Shown here: piece after piece, positions 61,536 to 64,000 of the stretch
Layout of the letters: every line of letters starts with the position of its first letter
Position numbering within the stretch: the stretch's first letter is position 1
From: an uncultured delta proteobacterium
GTDB lineage: Bacteria > Myxococcota_A > Polyangia > Haliangiales > Haliangiaceae
Assembly: GCA_963848295.1 (NCBI GenBank)
Contig: CAWKDB010000010.1
Span: forward strand, 4,096,001 to 4,160,000
Direction of reading: 5' to 3'
Length of the DNA stretch: 64,000 bases
The notes under the pieces: generated by a model
The model's database searches: none
Told to the model about the DNA's origin: nothing
What the model saw: the letters and a program-made list of their open reading frames with translations, nothing else
Program-made: the position numbers and the translations under genes

Positions 61536-61841
61536 ATGAAGATCAGGAAGAACCGAGTGTCCAAGCGCACCGGCGTCGCGGTCGACGCCGCCCTGGCAGC
61601 CGCGGCGCGGGGCGCGGCCCCGACCTCCGACGACGCAGCGGCCTTACCGAACGACGAGGATCGTCGCGAGACCGACGTCATCGGAAAGGCCGCCGGCGTC
61701 ATGATCGCAGACCGCAAGCCACTCGGCGGGCCCGACATGATCGAGCGACGGGATGCCCATCGTTGGGAGCTCGATCCCGCGTCGGCCGACGCGGCCGCCG
61801 CGGAGGATTCGTCACCACCGCCGTCCTCGGGGCAACGCTGA
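61536..61841 (+). CDS. Small hypothetical protein
   Basis: RBS and promoter present; C-terminal RRDAHRWELDPASAD; TGA overlaps the next ATG. Confidence 0.65.
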   Translation: MKIRKNRVSKRTGVAVDAALAAAARGAAPTSDDAAALPNDEDRRETDVIGKAAGVMIADRKPLGGPDMIERRDAHRWELDPASADAAAAEDSSPPPSSGQR

Positions 61842-62624
61842 TGCTGCGCCTCTTGGAGGACGAGCTGCGAGGGTTTCAGATCGACGCCAGGGACGGCATC
61901 ATCGGTCACGTCGTCGGCGTGTACTTCGACGACGATGCGTGGACGGTCCGCTACCTCGTGGTCAATACCGGCAGCTGGCTCGACGCGCGCGAGGTACTGA
62001 TCTCGCCGATCAGCCTGAGTGCGACCGACGGCCTGAGACGCACGCTCGTGGCGCGCTTGACCAAGAAGCAGGTCGAGGACAGTCCGTCGATCGATCTCGC
62101 GAAGCCCGTCTCCCGCCAGCAGGAGTCGGAGGTTAGCGCCCATTACGGCTGGCCTACGTACTGGAACACCGGTCTATGGGAGAGCCACGTTCCCGAGACG
62201 ATGGCGGTGATGGAAGCGACCGCCGAACGAACCGCCACCTCCCCGCACCGACGGCGATCCTCATCTGAGAAGCAGTCGCGAGGTGATCGGGTATCACCTC
62301 CATGCGATCGACGGCACGTTGGGGCACGTCGAGGATCTCGCCATCGACGACGAGACCTGGACGGTTCGCTACCTGTCGGTGGCCACCTCGAGCTGGTGGC
62401 CCGGCGGGCACGTCCTGATCTCGCCGCGCTGGATCCGTGCGGTGCGATGGACCGAGCGCAGGGTCGACGTCGCGGTGACCAGAGACGTGATCGAGCACAG
62501 CCCGACGTGGACTCATACCTATCCGATCACGCAGGACTACGAGGACAGGCTGCTCGATTACTACCGCAAGCGCGAAGCCTGGTCGATCGATCGTCGCTCG
62601 ATCGAGCCAAGCCCGCCTCGCTGA
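61841..62624 (+). CDS. Tandem PRC-barrel protein, frameshifted at about 62190-62245
   Basis: Two units (GF.IDARDG.IGHV..VYFDDDAWTVRYLVV.TG.WL and DPHLRSSREVIGYHLHAIDG..GHVED..IDDETWTVRYL) lie in different frames. Confidence 0.8.
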
Positions 62625-62680
62625 TGGCCTCATCGACCATCTCCATACCGTCGCGTTACGCTATCGCCAATAGCGTGTAG

Positions 62681-62812
62681 TTACGGCATCCGGTTCCCTG
62701 AATTCTGGCCGGGCTCGATGCCACCAGCGACCGCCACCAGGCCCTTGACGGTGATCTGCTTGATCGCCTTCTTGTTGATCGTGACCTTTTTCGGCCGACT
62801 GGTCTTCTTCAT
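62681..62812 (-). CDS. 43-aa peptide with a basic leader ending in a double-glycine motif (RiPP/bacteriocin precursor-like)
   Basis: MKKTSRPKKVTINKKAIKQITVKGLVAVAGG-IEPGQNSGNRMP*; not in the ORF track. Confidence 0.7.
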   Translation of the reverse strand: MKKTSRPKKVTINKKAIKQITVKGLVAVAGGIEPGQNSGNRMP

Positions 62813-62824
62813 GCGCCGGAATAG

Positions 62825-62840
62825 AGCACGCCGTGTGCCA
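62825..62840 (-). promoter_or_regulatory. Putative sigma54 promoter of the small peptide
   Basis: Minus strand TGGCACACGGCGTGCT, near-consensus -24 box. Confidence 0.7.
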
Positions 62841-62965
62841 GCGACTCGGCAGGTGGATTGGCCCGCGCCGCGCGATCCTCCGGTCGCACTTCACTTGAAG
62901 TGCGATCTTCAAGTAACGATCGCCTCGACCACCCCCCCGGTTCCAGCTGCGGCACAATCACCTCG

Positions 62966-64000
62966 TTGCCCGACAGCGGTCGTGTAGTTGGCGAGTTCGT
63001 CCTCGAAGAGCAGATCGGGGGCGGTGGCGGCGGAAGTGTGTTCCGCGCGTACCAACCCGTGTTGCAGCGCAACGCGGTCGTAAAACTCCTTCACGCGAAC
63101 GGAGAACAGGCGCTCGTCGATCAGTTCCTCCGCGAGGCGCGCCTCGCCTCGCGGCTGGACCATCCGTTCGCGGCGCACGTCTACGCGTTCGGCGCCGAAG
63201 CCGACGGCCTGCTGTGGATCGCGATGGAGATCGTCCGTGGAACGCCGCTGTCGGAGTTGTTAGCCGGCGGACCCTTGGACCGCGGTCTCGCGTTCGTCGA
63301 GCGGGTCTGTGAGGTCGTGCAGTCGACGCACGAGCTCGGCATCATCCACGGCGATCTGAAGCCATCGAACATCATGGTGATCTCGCGGGTGGGCAGCTTG
63401 TTCCCCAAGCTGATCGACTTCGGAATCGCCCGCGACTCGAGTGATCGCACGAGCGGCGGGCTCGGCACGCCGGCGTACATGGCGCCCGAACAATGGGTGT
63501 CCGGCCAGACGCTCACACCGGCGACCGACGTCTACGCGCTCGGCGCACTCACGTTCGAGATCCTCACCGGCAACCCGCCCTTCACGGGGCGCTCGAGGAT
63601 GGAGCTCGCGACCCACCATGCGCGCAGTGCGCCGCCGACGCTGCCGGCGGAATTTCCGAGCCGCATCAGCGCCGCGATCACGAAGGCGATGGCGAAGCAG
63701 CCGGCCGAGCGTTTTGCCAGTGCGGTCGAGTTCGCGCGGGCGTTGAACGCAGGCTCCGAGGAGGCGTTGGCCGCGATCCACGTGCCGCGAATCGACGAGC
63801 TGACACGCGACGATGCGCTGCTCGGCGCCCCGGAGCCGATCGCGGAGGCCGTCGCGCGCCTCGATGCGGCGAGCGATCCCGAGAGCGCTTATGCAGCGAT
63901 GCGGCGGCTAGTCGAGACCATCGCCCAGTACATCGGTGTCGTCGCCCTCGGTTGCCGCGCGCGCGTGCGCGCCGGAGCGATCGCGAGCGAACACACGACC
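62966..64000 (+). CDS. Ser/Thr protein kinase, N-terminal part (runs off the window end)
   Basis: Manual translation: EEQIGGGGGGSVFRA, AVVK, FLREARLASRLDHP, IIHGDLKPSN, LIDFGIA, GTPAYMAPEQ, DVYALG. TTG start is inferred. Confidence 0.9.
   Translation, partial: MPDSGRVVGEFVLEEQIGGGGGGSVFRAYQPVLQRNAVVKLLHANGEQALVDQFLREARLASRLDHPFAAHVYAFGAEADGLLWIAMEIVRGTPLSELLAGGPLDRGLAFVERVCEVVQSTHELGIIHGDLKPSNIMVISRVGSLFPKLIDFGIARDSSDRTSGGLGTPAYMAPEQWVSGQTLTPATDVYALGALTFEILTGNPPFTGRSRMELATHHARSAPPTLPAEFPSRISAAITKAMAKQPAERFASAVEFARALNAGSEEALAAIHVPRIDELTRDDALLGAPEPIAEAVARLDAASDPESAYAAMRRLVETIAQYIGVVALGCRARVRAGAIASEHTT

Noticed and set aside
57625..61539. 1304-aa plus-strand ORF (and the 903-aa alternative-frame ORF 58715..61426)
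   Set aside because: Antisense or off-frame shadows of the DUF4157 toxin. They are Arg/Ala-rich with no motifs, as expected in high-GC DNA.

Overview
High-GC bacterial DNA that looks myxobacterial (Myxococcota-like), judged from MYXO-CTERM and cysteine-rich repeat proteins, many lipoproteins and Ser/Thr kinases; the taxonomy is inferred, not shown. 1-44 kb is mostly envelope, secreted and stress genes: partial recQ, a GH31 lipoprotein, a kelch-type lipoprotein, a histidine kinase, a 2889-aa cyclic beta-1,2-glucan synthase, a lipase, a DUF3494 ice-binding-like lipoprotein, a LEA-like protein, a sigma54 activator, a DUF3570/DUF4266/Rieske/TlpA redox cluster, an ExbB/ExbD-like triad, an RND pump and a pepsin-like protease. 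The most unusual part is 44-61 kb. An eCIS-type AAA ATPase faces a polymorphic-toxin locus whose ~2000-aa toxin carries two DUF4157 domains, a hydrophobic region, a JAB-like domain and an unassigned C-terminal tip interrupted by a 497-bp IS4-transposase fragment. Three paralogous immunity-position genes follow, each a variable N-terminal domain fused to a degenerate Ser/Thr pseudokinase. Each overlaps the stop codon of a homologous toxin tip, and ~890-bp direct repeats bracket the orphan cassette. Ten candidate sigma54 promoters were found, six positioned for near-leaderless transcripts, plus an unannotated 43-aa double-glycine-type peptide. No rRNA, tRNA or CRISPR array was recognised. Two frameshifts may be sequencing indels. 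All family assignments come from motif recognition by eye; no database searches were run.
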